From: a virus
Lineage: Duplodnaviria > Caudoviricetes
Length of the DNA stretch: 28,971 nucleotides
Virus record (IMG/VR): IMGVR_UViG_3300020045_010968
Location: 1-28,971 of that record
Direction: 5' to 3' (one strand)
Made by a program: the position numbers and the translations under genes. Numbering within the stretch: the stretch's first letter is position 1; each line of letters begins with the position of its first letter. Positions 16,700 to 25,508 of the stretch are shown here, in pieces. The notes under the pieces were generated by a model, which was given only the letters and a program-made list of their open reading frames with translations, had not been told where the DNA came from and ran no database searches.

Positions 16700-17170
16700 A
16701 TGCTTTTTTCCCTAGATACCACCGCAGGTGAGTGGTTCCCGTTCCAGAATTCTAAGATTGATCCATTAACAGGAGAGCCGGTATTTGATGATCCAGTATC
16801 AGATGCTAAGGTGCAGATCAGGTCAATGACGCCGTTCTTCGAGGAACGTATCGCAAGTCGTAAACGTCAGACAGAGCATGTTATGAATCCCAAGACACGG
16901 CAGATGGAGAGGATCTCTTACTACACAGAATTATCTACCGAAGATGCTAAAACGGAACGCGATGATGCCTTTGATTTTGCCATCACCGGGATTGAAGGGT
17001 TTAAAGATGCCAAGACCGGGAAGGAGATCACATGCACTCGTGAAAATAAATTGTCTCTCATGAAAGTCCCGGTGTTTGACAGGTTCTTTGCCCGATGCCA
17101 ACAGTTACTTGCAAGCTCTGGAGTAAAGGAAACTGAATCAAAAAACTTGCAGAGTGGGCCAGTTATATAA
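16700..17170 (+). CDS. Tail assembly chaperone (gpG-like)
   Basis: Between tail tube and tape measure; ends just after slippery heptamer A AAA AAC. Confidence 0.85.
   Translation: MLFSLDTTAGEWFPFQNSKIDPLTGEPVFDDPVSDAKVQIRSMTPFFEERIASRKRQTEHVMNPKTRQMERISYYTELSTEDAKTERDDAFDFAITGIEGFKDAKTGKEITCTRENKLSLMKVPVFDRFFARCQQLLASSGVKETESKNLQSGPVI
17140..17146 (+). promoter_or_regulatory. Programmed -1 ribosomal frameshift site A AAA AAC
   Basis: X XXY YYZ in correct phase (TCA AAA AAC); -1 frame has TGA at 17134-17136 and is then open to 17520. Confidence 0.88.
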
Positions 17171-17520
17171 TTTTGTACGGGGGTGAAAACCCCCCTTACT
17201 GTCCCACTAGATGCAAAACGATGTTTGGTTTACGTAATCCTCCGCAAGAAGCACCATGCGATACATGTACCGATGAAAGGAAAATAGTTGCCTTACTACC
17301 AGAAAATGAACCAGCGGCTAAAATATTTCTTATGTGCCGTAGCCAATGCCAAACTAGATGGGACGGAGAAAAAGATGTAGAGATTGATCTTGATCATGTA
17401 GCTCTTTGGAACGCGATTGGAAAGTTTCCGGTTAAAATTAATGATGAATGGGACACGTTCCATAAGATATCAAGGGCATGGCACGAAAGCCAGCAGAAAA
17501 AGAGGGATAACGAGGGGTAG
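17140..17520 (+). CDS. Frameshift extension of tail chaperone (gpT-like; GT fusion 16700-17520, ~273 aa)
   Basis: -1 frame reads LAEWASYIILYGGENPPYCPTRC...PCDTC...LLPENEPA; TTG 17173 has no SD. Confidence 0.82.
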   Translation, partial: KKLAEWASYIILYGGENPPYCPTRCKTMFGLRNPPQEAPCDTCTDERKIVALLPENEPAAKIFLMCRSQCQTRWDGEKDVEIDLDHVALWNAIGKFPVKINDEWDTFHKISRAWHESQQKKRDNEG

Positions 17521-17522
17521 CG

Positions 17523-17981
17523 ATGTCTGTTAAATTCAATCTTGATATGTCAAAATGGGATACTGAGTTTTTCCATGATGCACTTAATCGAGTTGAATCT
17601 GCCGCTGATGTTATCCGTAATTCTGCAAGAGTAAAGCTGAAGGCAAGCATTGCATCAGCAGGAGGGAAAACTGGATCTCTTGCTGGTGAACGATGGAAAG
17701 AGCATGGCCCATACAGCAAAGGGAATACAGCATCATATACAGCGCGATATCACAAGGAAATGGTTAATAGTATTCGTACTGTACGATCAAAAGATCCAAC
17801 CGTGAAAAATATTTGGGTAATGGCCGGTAATTATGATACTTGGTGGGCTTTACAACTTGAATATGGAAATGGAGGATGGAAGGGCGGTAAAAAGTCATTC
17901 TTTCGTCCAGCCATGAGAGGATCAATGAGTGAAGTTATTGCTATTTGTGAATCGGGCGGAGGCCCAAGGGCGGTGAAGTAA
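17523..17981 (+). CDS. HK97 gp10-like tail component
   Basis: SAADVIRNSAR...NSIR...WALQLEYG......KSFFRPAM pattern; GAGGGG SD. Confidence 0.7.
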   Translation: MSVKFNLDMSKWDTEFFHDALNRVESAADVIRNSARVKLKASIASAGGKTGSLAGERWKEHGPYSKGNTASYTARYHKEMVNSIRTVRSKDPTVKNIWVMAGNYDTWWALQLEYGNGGWKGGKKSFFRPAMRGSMSEVIAICESGGGPRAVK

Positions 17982-20900
17982 TGGCAAAAAAACCAGTTGG
18001 TGAGATGGTTATAAGTCTTGATTTAGATCCGTCTGCCTATACAAATGCAGAAAAGAAAATTCTTGCAGGTTCCAAAGAGTCCACAGGGAGTATTGATGCA
18101 AACTGGAAAAAGCTTAGTGGTAAATGCGATACTTATTATGATGAAATGCGGAAAGGATACGAAAATGCTTGCCAAAAAATTGTAGGTAATGCAAAAGCAA
18201 CAACGCTTGAAATAGAACGTGCATATGCTAATCTAAATTCAAAATTAAAATCATTAAATAGCGATCAGTACGCCACCACCAACGCTCATTATAATACTTT
18301 AGGGATGAAATCTGCTGCATCTATTAATGCTCAAATAGATGATGTTAAAAGAGCCGCAACCGCTCAACAAGCAATAGTTGGTAAGAGTTCCGAGGATTGG
18401 ATTAGGATCGAACGCGCCAAGAATGAACAATTAAAAACGCTTAACAGGGAGATGGTAGGTAATCACGATTATTCTTTAGCGGCAATGCAACGTGCGGTAT
18501 TGAGATTTTACGCTACTATGTATGTTATTAGCACCGCTGCCGATTATTTATCAGCACCATTTACTAAAGGGTTCAAGGCTGTAGAAGATTATAATCAATC
18601 AGTTGCGTCTCTTGCGGCAATGGTTGTTACTTTTTCCCAAGCGAAAGAAGGGCAATCATTGTCTGATCAATGGAAAGAAGCATTAAGTTATTCTACTGCG
18701 ATGGTCCCTATTTTAGAAAAAATAGCAGCACGTACCTTATTATCAGGACAAGAAACAACTGCTTTAGCTAATGCCTTTGCTCGTTCTGGAGTGTTCCTAC
18801 AAGCTAATAATGCTGCTCAAATTGAAGGATTCACTAGAATATCCAACGCATTGCCCTTGATGACAAAGGGGCAGGAGATCATGCGGCAGATTAACACAGA
18901 AATACGATCCGTGATGACAGGACAAAATGAACAATCGTCTATGATGCTCCAAACACTTAAAGCACTTCCGGGATTCAGTAAAGAGAATCTTGAAATATGG
19001 AGGCAACAGGGCACGGTGATGGAGAATGTCGGGAAATTGCTTGAGGGGTTCGGCCCCGCTACTGCCCTCCTAGAAGATCAATGGCAAGCGGTTAAGTCAA
19101 CCCTTGAGACTACTGTTACTCAAATACTGCGCGGGGGGATGTTGGCAACTTATGGAGAGATAATATTAAGTGCCAAAGACCTTGATAAATACTTAAACGA
19201 AAATAAAGATTCTTTGATTGATGGAATGTCAAAATGGATGGGTAATTTTTTGCTAACCATGTACACCATCAAGGCGGAAGTATTAAGATTGGGGATGCTA
19301 CTTGATAAGTTAGGTGGCTCCATGACTCAAGTAATGGTTGGGCTGTTTACGCCCGGAGCAATGCTTGGGAATAAAAACAGTATCGAGGGTGTTGATAGAT
19401 GGATTAAGAGAAACGAAGAACTTAATGCTCGTTACAAAGAAGGTGACAAGGAATTAGAAAAATTAGCCATCAGGTACAATAATCTTGAACAGTCAATATC
19501 AAAAACTGGATTAGCAGCAGCAAAACTTGCTCGTGATGGAGAAGCGGCGAATCAGAAATTTAATCCAAAGCCTCAAATTGACGACCAAAAGGCTGCCGTT
19601 GCAGCAGCGAAATCATTGTACGATACCAAAAAAGATTTAGCCAAAGATTATTATAGAGGCCTACAGGATGAAATTAAAACCTTAGATAGAATTTTAACAG
19701 CACAGGGAGTAAGCGAGGTAGTTAAGTTTCAAAGGACTCAGCAACTGAAGGAAGAATTTATTGAAAAATATGCAATCAAGGAAATGGAATTAATAAAATT
19801 ACGAGAATCATCGAGATCGGCAGATGATAAGAAAAATTTATCTTCGGCAGCATTTATATCAGCAGAAAAGAAAAAACTTGAAAGTGACCTCAACCTTAAA
19901 AGAAACGAATTGAGAGATGAAAATACTGTAGCAAGTGTTAGAACAAGCGAAAAAGATTTGAAGAGATATATGGATGATGAAACTAGGAAATTAGAGATTG
20001 AAACAGAAACAAGGGTAAAGGCTCTCGAAGCATACAATAAGATTGCGGCAGACAATGAAGATCTTGCTTTAACAGATCACCAACGCGCAATAAATCGTAT
20101 CAATGGTAGAGTTGCAGCAATGCAAAAAATAATAGATGTAGTGAGAGAAATTGGATCAGAGTCATTAGGAATATCTAAAGCAGAACTAGACGCACAAGAG
20201 AAAAAGATTAAACTTATATCGGATCAACGGAAACTAGAGGAAGAGGTAAAGGATCTCCAACGTGGTGCTGCTCAATACAATAATCTTCCTCAATATGCTG
20301 ACACTTATTATAACAAAAAGATGGAATTAATAGAAAAGACTCGCCAACTAGAAATTAGTGCATTGGTGGAAGTCGGGGCTGCAACGGCTAAAGCATATCA
20401 AGAACAGATAAAACTTATTGGAGAAGTCTGGGATATTAAACACAAGGAGCAGAATGATGTAATTAAGGGTACGGGCAAAGTTCTTGACGCTACCATGACC
20501 ATGTATGATAAAGATTCATCTGAATATAAAAGATTGGCTGATTTGAAGAAGGGTATTCAAATTGCAGAAATGGCTATGGAGGCGGCAAAAAATGTAGCCC
20601 TTCTTTCTAACATGATGGCTGCAAATGCCGCATATTCTGTAGCTATGGCCAAGAAGGCAGCCAGCCTTGAACTAACCGCTGCTGAAGCTATTCTTACGCA
20701 GGGAGAGGGAGAGCCTTATTCTGCGTGGGCGCGTATTGCTGCTATGACTGCTTTAGTTGCTGGTGTACTTGGAGCAGTTGGGATGGCTTTTGGCGGAGGC
20801 AGTTCATCTTCATCTAGTGCATCAGCATCATTGCCCACGTCTACCGTCCTTGGTGCAGCTAACGGTACGGGGTCTGAATCAATTAGTAAATCATGGGAAT

Positions 20901-23368
20901 TAATGCAAGATACCTATGATATGCAGTACACAGAATTGTCTGGAATATATGACGAGATGCGGAATCTGAACCAGAATATTACGGGGCTGGTGACATCAAT
21001 CGTTAGGACGGGAGGAATCAGCGCGGCGGACATGGGCGAGATGGGGAATTCTGTTAGCTCGGTTGAAAAAAGTTTATCAAGTTACATCATGCAAGACCTG
21101 GGAATCATATCAAGTATAGGGAACTTCTTGAACCGGCCCATTATAGATATTGCCAATGCGCTTTTCGGAGGTTCCTCAGAATCCCATATATCCGGCTACG
21201 GTCTCGGCGTTAACGCTGGATCAATCGGAGAAATTACAGGGAATAACGGGATGTCCGTCAACCCTTATCAGTGGACAAACGCAGTCACAAATACCAGTGG
21301 CGGGTGGTTTGGTAAGGACAGCACATCAATAACCGGCGTGAACTCCGCTGTAAATGACCAAATATCATCCATGGTCAAACTTACATATGCGAGTATAAGC
21401 AAGAACATCAAATACTTAGGTGAGAATCTAGGTGCGGATATGAACGATGTTTTGTCCTATACCTTTGGTAATCTTGCTATCAATATCTTGGGCATGACGA
21501 GCGAAGAAGTCACCACAGCCGTCAATGAGGCATTTTCAAAACTGGCTGATGACGCGGCAACAACTCTTTTCGGGGGGATAATTACTCAATATCAGCAATT
21601 AGGCGAAGGTCTTTACGAAACGGCGACTCGTCTGGTTATGGATAAGGAAGTAATCCTTGATACGCTGGGAATGACAGGACAAGTATATGCAGGAACTACA
21701 GCACAAACCATAGCCTTTTCCGAATCTTTAATATCTCTAGCCGGTGATCTAGATACTCTAAGAACAGCCGCTGAAACTTATTTTGATAAATTCTATACTG
21801 ATACCGAAAAGCAAGCTTATTTACAGAATAATCTTTCCGAGGCGATGGATAATCTTAATATGTCCATACCCAACGCCAGGGAAGGATACAGAAGCTTAGT
21901 CAATAGTCTTGATTTAACAACAGCATCTGGGCAGAAAGCATACGTTACTCTCATGTCGTTATCGGAATCGGCAGATACTTATTATGCATATCTTGAAGAA
22001 ATATCTAATAGCAGAAAAGATATGGAAATTGAGATCATGGAACTTGAGGGGAATGCAACTGGTGCATTGGCTGCGCAAAGAGCTATCGAGTTGGCTGCTC
22101 TTGACGAATCGTTAAGGCCGTTGCAGCAACGAATCTATGACCTTACTGATGAGAAAACGGCTACTGAAGCGGCGGCAACGGCAGCTAAGGAATTGGCAGA
22201 TTCCGCTACGACAGCGGCTGAAAAAATGTCTACCGCCCAATCAGCTATAGAATCTTCTTGGATTTCTTTGATGGAATCTAACTTAACGGAAGCGCAGTCG
22301 ATACTAAAAGCTTCTTTTGAGGCTGAGAAAGCACGGTTAACAGATATATACAATTCCCAATTAGAAACCATGAACGCAAATTTAGATACAGCGAAAACTA
22401 TTGTATCTGATTTTACTAGTGTAATTAATAACTTAACAAGCGCTAAAGAAAAAATGAGGCTAGAAGATGCGGAGTCTGCAAAAATACAGTATTCTTCGGC
22501 CAAAATAGCTATTGCGGCAATTATTAATCAAGCTAGAGGTGGTAATTTTTCAGGAGTAAAAAATATCGATGCTATTCTTGATACCTTGACTTCAGCATCT
22601 ACAGATATGTATGCGACACAAGAAGATTATAAACGTGATTTCTGGAAAACATATAAATCAATTTCTGAATTAACAGATTTAACCAGCGGACAGCTAACAA
22701 TAGAAGAAACAACCGTATCGATATTACAACAACAAATCGATACAGCAAAAATTATCCATAACTCTGAACTTGCGGCTATGGATTCTCAAATGAACGCTTT
22801 GTTGGGAATACAAACTGGTGTTATTTCCGTTGGCGAAGCTATCAATAATTTGGCAGTTGCAACTGCCGCTCTTGCTGGGGCGAAATCAAACTATATTTCT
22901 CCTAATTCTGTGTATTATAGTGCCAATGTTTCTTATTGGGGGTCTAACGAAGCTTACGCAACGGCCATAAAAGAAAAGCTTTCGCAAGGAACGACACTGA
23001 CTGATCCAGTTGGTGCAGAAGCATTCATAAAAGATCACCCGGAACTATTTAAGACATCAGGATCTTATGCCTATGGAGGAATATCATCTGGCCCAGATAG
23101 TGGATATGACGCAACTTTGCATGGAACTGAATTGATAATTTCTCCTCGTGCCAATTATCCGGCTACAGTTAAAGGCGGAGATAATATTATATTGATAGAA
23201 GAGGTCAGGAAACTCAGAGAAGAAATGAAGGTTGCCAATTATGCTAATGTAAAAAACACAGCAAAGATGGCAAAGGTATTAGACAAGATTGATAATCTTG
23301 GAATAGTAATTAGTGAAACAGGTAATGATGGAGTGAGAACAATTCTTGATACGAGGACTGTTGTTTAG
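17981..23368 (+). CDS. Tail tape measure protein (1795 aa)
   Basis: VGEMVISLDLD start, long Ala/Lys/Glu-rich helical body, hydrophobic segment, C-terminal YAYGG...LHGTELI motif. Confidence 0.95.
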   Translation: MAKKPVGEMVISLDLDPSAYTNAEKKILAGSKESTGSIDANWKKLSGKCDTYYDEMRKGYENACQKIVGNAKATTLEIERAYANLNSKLKSLNSDQYATTNAHYNTLGMKSAASINAQIDDVKRAATAQQAIVGKSSEDWIRIERAKNEQLKTLNREMVGNHDYSLAAMQRAVLRFYATMYVISTAADYLSAPFTKGFKAVEDYNQSVASLAAMVVTFSQAKEGQSLSDQWKEALSYSTAMVPILEKIAARTLLSGQETTALANAFARSGVFLQANNAAQIEGFTRISNALPLMTKGQEIMRQINTEIRSVMTGQNEQSSMMLQTLKALPGFSKENLEIWRQQGTVMENVGKLLEGFGPATALLEDQWQAVKSTLETTVTQILRGGMLATYGEIILSAKDLDKYLNENKDSLIDGMSKWMGNFLLTMYTIKAEVLRLGMLLDKLGGSMTQVMVGLFTPGAMLGNKNSIEGVDRWIKRNEELNARYKEGDKELEKLAIRYNNLEQSISKTGLAAAKLARDGEAANQKFNPKPQIDDQKAAVAAAKSLYDTKKDLAKDYYRGLQDEIKTLDRILTAQGVSEVVKFQRTQQLKEEFIEKYAIKEMELIKLRESSRSADDKKNLSSAAFISAEKKKLESDLNLKRNELRDENTVASVRTSEKDLKRYMDDETRKLEIETETRVKALEAYNKIAADNEDLALTDHQRAINRINGRVAAMQKIIDVVREIGSESLGISKAELDAQEKKIKLISDQRKLEEEVKDLQRGAAQYNNLPQYADTYYNKKMELIEKTRQLEISALVEVGAATAKAYQEQIKLIGEVWDIKHKEQNDVIKGTGKVLDATMTMYDKDSSEYKRLADLKKGIQIAEMAMEAAKNVALLSNMMAANAAYSVAMAKKAASLELTAAEAILTQGEGEPYSAWARIAAMTALVAGVLGAVGMAFGGGSSSSSSASASLPTSTVLGAANGTGSESISKSWELMQDTYDMQYTELSGIYDEMRNLNQNITGLVTSIVRTGGISAADMGEMGNSVSSVEKSLSSYIMQDLGIISSIGNFLNRPIIDIANALFGGSSESHISGYGLGVNAGSIGEITGNNGMSVNPYQWTNAVTNTSGGWFGKDSTSITGVNSAVNDQISSMVKLTYASISKNIKYLGENLGADMNDVLSYTFGNLAINILGMTSEEVTTAVNEAFSKLADDAATTLFGGIITQYQQLGEGLYETATRLVMDKEVILDTLGMTGQVYAGTTAQTIAFSESLISLAGDLDTLRTAAETYFDKFYTDTEKQAYLQNNLSEAMDNLNMSIPNAREGYRSLVNSLDLTTASGQKAYVTLMSLSESADTYYAYLEEISNSRKDMEIEIMELEGNATGALAAQRAIELAALDESLRPLQQRIYDLTDEKTATEAAATAAKELADSATTAAEKMSTAQSAIESSWISLMESNLTEAQSILKASFEAEKARLTDIYNSQLETMNANLDTAKTIVSDFTSVINNLTSAKEKMRLEDAESAKIQYSSAKIAIAAIINQARGGNFSGVKNIDAILDTLTSASTDMYATQEDYKRDFWKTYKSISELTDLTSGQLTIEETTVSILQQQIDTAKIIHNSELAAMDSQMNALLGIQTGVISVGEAINNLAVATAALAGAKSNYISPNSVYYSANVSYWGSNEAYATAIKEKLSQGTTLTDPVGAEAFIKDHPELFKTSGSYAYGGISSGPDSGYDATLHGTELIISPRANYPATVKGGDNIILIEEVRKLREEMKVANYANVKNTAKMAKVLDKIDNLGIVISETGNDGVRTILDTRTVV

Positions 23369-24504
23369 TGGATGCGATAAAACCTACATTAATTACTGAC
23401 ACAAATTTAATATCATCCAATATACCAGATGTTGATGATATTGGCACAAGTACCACATCGCTATTGATCGCAGATGAAGCAGAAAAAATCTTCACAACAC
23501 AAGCAGGGCTATCGTTTCTTGCCGGTGAATGGATTGGAGCTTATAGCGACGCCGATCCTAGTAATTATATGTACGGGAAAATAACATCATATACAGGGAC
23601 AACACTTACTATCCAAATTACGGTTATTGGAGGGTCGGGAACGCATGCGGATTGGACAATATCGTATGGATGGAATGTTGGTGCTGCGTATCTAGACGGG
23701 GATCAGGTACAAATATCAACACCTAATATACATAAGATATATGAAGCGTTAGAAAATGTAACGGGTGGATCTGCTCCTAACGTTGATGTGCTTTCAGCGT
23801 CTCCTAAGTGGTTAGAGGTTAGTGCTACTAATCGATGGAAAGCTTTTGATGGGAAGATAGGATCGCAAGCGTCAAGAGCAACATCTATAACGTATAGTAT
23901 CACTTTATCTGCCGACGACGATAGTATTGCATTAATGAACTTATCAGCATTAAGTGTTGCATTGACTATAACTAAAGATGCGGTCGTAGTGTATAGCGAG
24001 ACGATATCATTGAACAATACTGAAATTGTGTATGATTGGTGGACTTATTTCTTTGAGGATTTTTTAATCACATCTGATGTTATCAGAACAAATTTCCCAT
24101 CAGATATTGTCGGGGCTACACTGGATATTGTTATTGCATATACCGGGGGGACGGCCAAGGTGGGAGAAATTGTTATTGGGTCAAAAACGTCATTGGGGAT
24201 CACAAAACCTGGGATTATAGCCAGCATAAATGATTATTCAACCAAGCAAGTGGATGATTTTGGTAATTATTCAATATTAGAAAGAGCCTATTCTCGTAAA
24301 TTGTCTTGTGATTTGTTCATTAATAATACTGAAATAGATTCTATATATGATTTCTTGACAACTTATCGCGCCACTCCCTTAGTGTGGATTGCAAGTGAAC
24401 TGTATTCCTCAACATTCGTATATGGGTATTACAAGGATTTCTCCATTGTTATGCCATACCCAAATCATAGCGAATGTTCTATCGAGATTGAAGGGTTAAC
24501 ATAG
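23368..24504 (+). CDS. Tail-tip protein (post-tape-measure family), copy 1 with ~75-aa insertion
   Basis: GTG overlapping TMP stop; SSNIP, HKIYEAL, WLEVSATNRWKAFD, DYSTKQVDDFGN, YRATPLVW, YGYYKDFSI, IEIEGLT. Confidence 0.8.
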   Translation: MDAIKPTLITDTNLISSNIPDVDDIGTSTTSLLIADEAEKIFTTQAGLSFLAGEWIGAYSDADPSNYMYGKITSYTGTTLTIQITVIGGSGTHADWTISYGWNVGAAYLDGDQVQISTPNIHKIYEALENVTGGSAPNVDVLSASPKWLEVSATNRWKAFDGKIGSQASRATSITYSITLSADDDSIALMNLSALSVALTITKDAVVVYSETISLNNTEIVYDWWTYFFEDFLITSDVIRTNFPSDIVGATLDIVIAYTGGTAKVGEIVIGSKTSLGITKPGIIASINDYSTKQVDDFGNYSILERAYSRKLSCDLFINNTEIDSIYDFLTTYRATPLVWIASELYSSTFVYGYYKDFSIVMPYPNHSECSIEIEGLT

Positions 24505-24526
24505 CCACGGTTGATATAAGGTTATT

Positions 24527-25465
24527 ATGAAAATACTCATACCTAAAATAATAAACGATTCATTATTTTCTTCTTCTAATGTTGCTGAAGCTGATTATGA
24601 TGAATGGAGTGTAGGAACGGCATTTTCTGCTGATGATTATTGTATTGTTATCGGTACAACTCATAAAATATATCAAGCATTAGTTGATGTAACTGGTGGT
24701 GATTCTCCAGAAATAGATGTATTGAACACAGTCCCGAAATGGCTTGAAATAAGTTCTACAAATAGATGGAAAATGTTTGATTCTAAAATAGAGAGCCAAA
24801 CAGAAAATTCTAATTCCATCGAAGTTGTGTTAACTCCTGGTAAAATATCAAGTATCGCGTTTCTTAATGTTGATGCGGAATGGATCAATATTACGATGAC
24901 TGATCCTGTTGACGGAGAGGTTTATAACGAAACAATAACCATGGGTAGCACATACCTTGCCCAATGGGAAGATGGCGTAGAATGGGATGTTGGTGTTCTA
25001 TGGCAAGGTGGTGATTACGAGAATTTAGATCATAGGATACCGATAAAATTTGATTTGCCACCGTACGTTAATAGTACATTGACTATCATAATATCAAAAT
25101 CTGGTAGTACAGCAAAATGTGGGATGGTCCTTGTCGGGATGCACAAAGTATTAGGAATAACACAATACTCTCCAAATATAGGGATAACTGATTATTCAAT
25201 AAAATCGGTCGATACCTTTGGAAATTATTCAGTAACAGAAAGGTCATTCGCTAAAAAAACAGATAGTTCGTTTACTGTTTCTATGTATTATAATGTCGAA
25301 GTTTTGAGATTGTTAGCATTGTATAGAGCAACTCCTCTATTATGGGTTCTCAGTGAAACATATAATTCAACAATAATATATGGATTTTATAAAGATTTTT
25401 CTATGAACTTATTGTCTGGAATAAATATAGCTCAATGTGATATAAGTATTGAGGGGTTGACATAA
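24527..25465 (+). CDS. Tail-tip protein (post-tape-measure family), copy 2
   Basis: Full-length paralog: SSNVA, HKIYQAL, WLEISSTNRWKMFD, DYSIKSVDTFGN, YRATPLLW, YGFYKDFSM, ISIEGLT. Confidence 0.8.
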   Translation: MKILIPKIINDSLFSSSNVAEADYDEWSVGTAFSADDYCIVIGTTHKIYQALVDVTGGDSPEIDVLNTVPKWLEISSTNRWKMFDSKIESQTENSNSIEVVLTPGKISSIAFLNVDAEWINITMTDPVDGEVYNETITMGSTYLAQWEDGVEWDVGVLWQGGDYENLDHRIPIKFDLPPYVNSTLTIIISKSGSTAKCGMVLVGMHKVLGITQYSPNIGITDYSIKSVDTFGNYSVTERSFAKKTDSSFTVSMYYNVEVLRLLALYRATPLLWVLSETYNSTIIYGFYKDFSMNLLSGINIAQCDISIEGLT

Positions 25466-25508
25466 CTTACGGTATTTTTATTAGGTTGCATGAGAGTTTG
25501 GAGGGATT

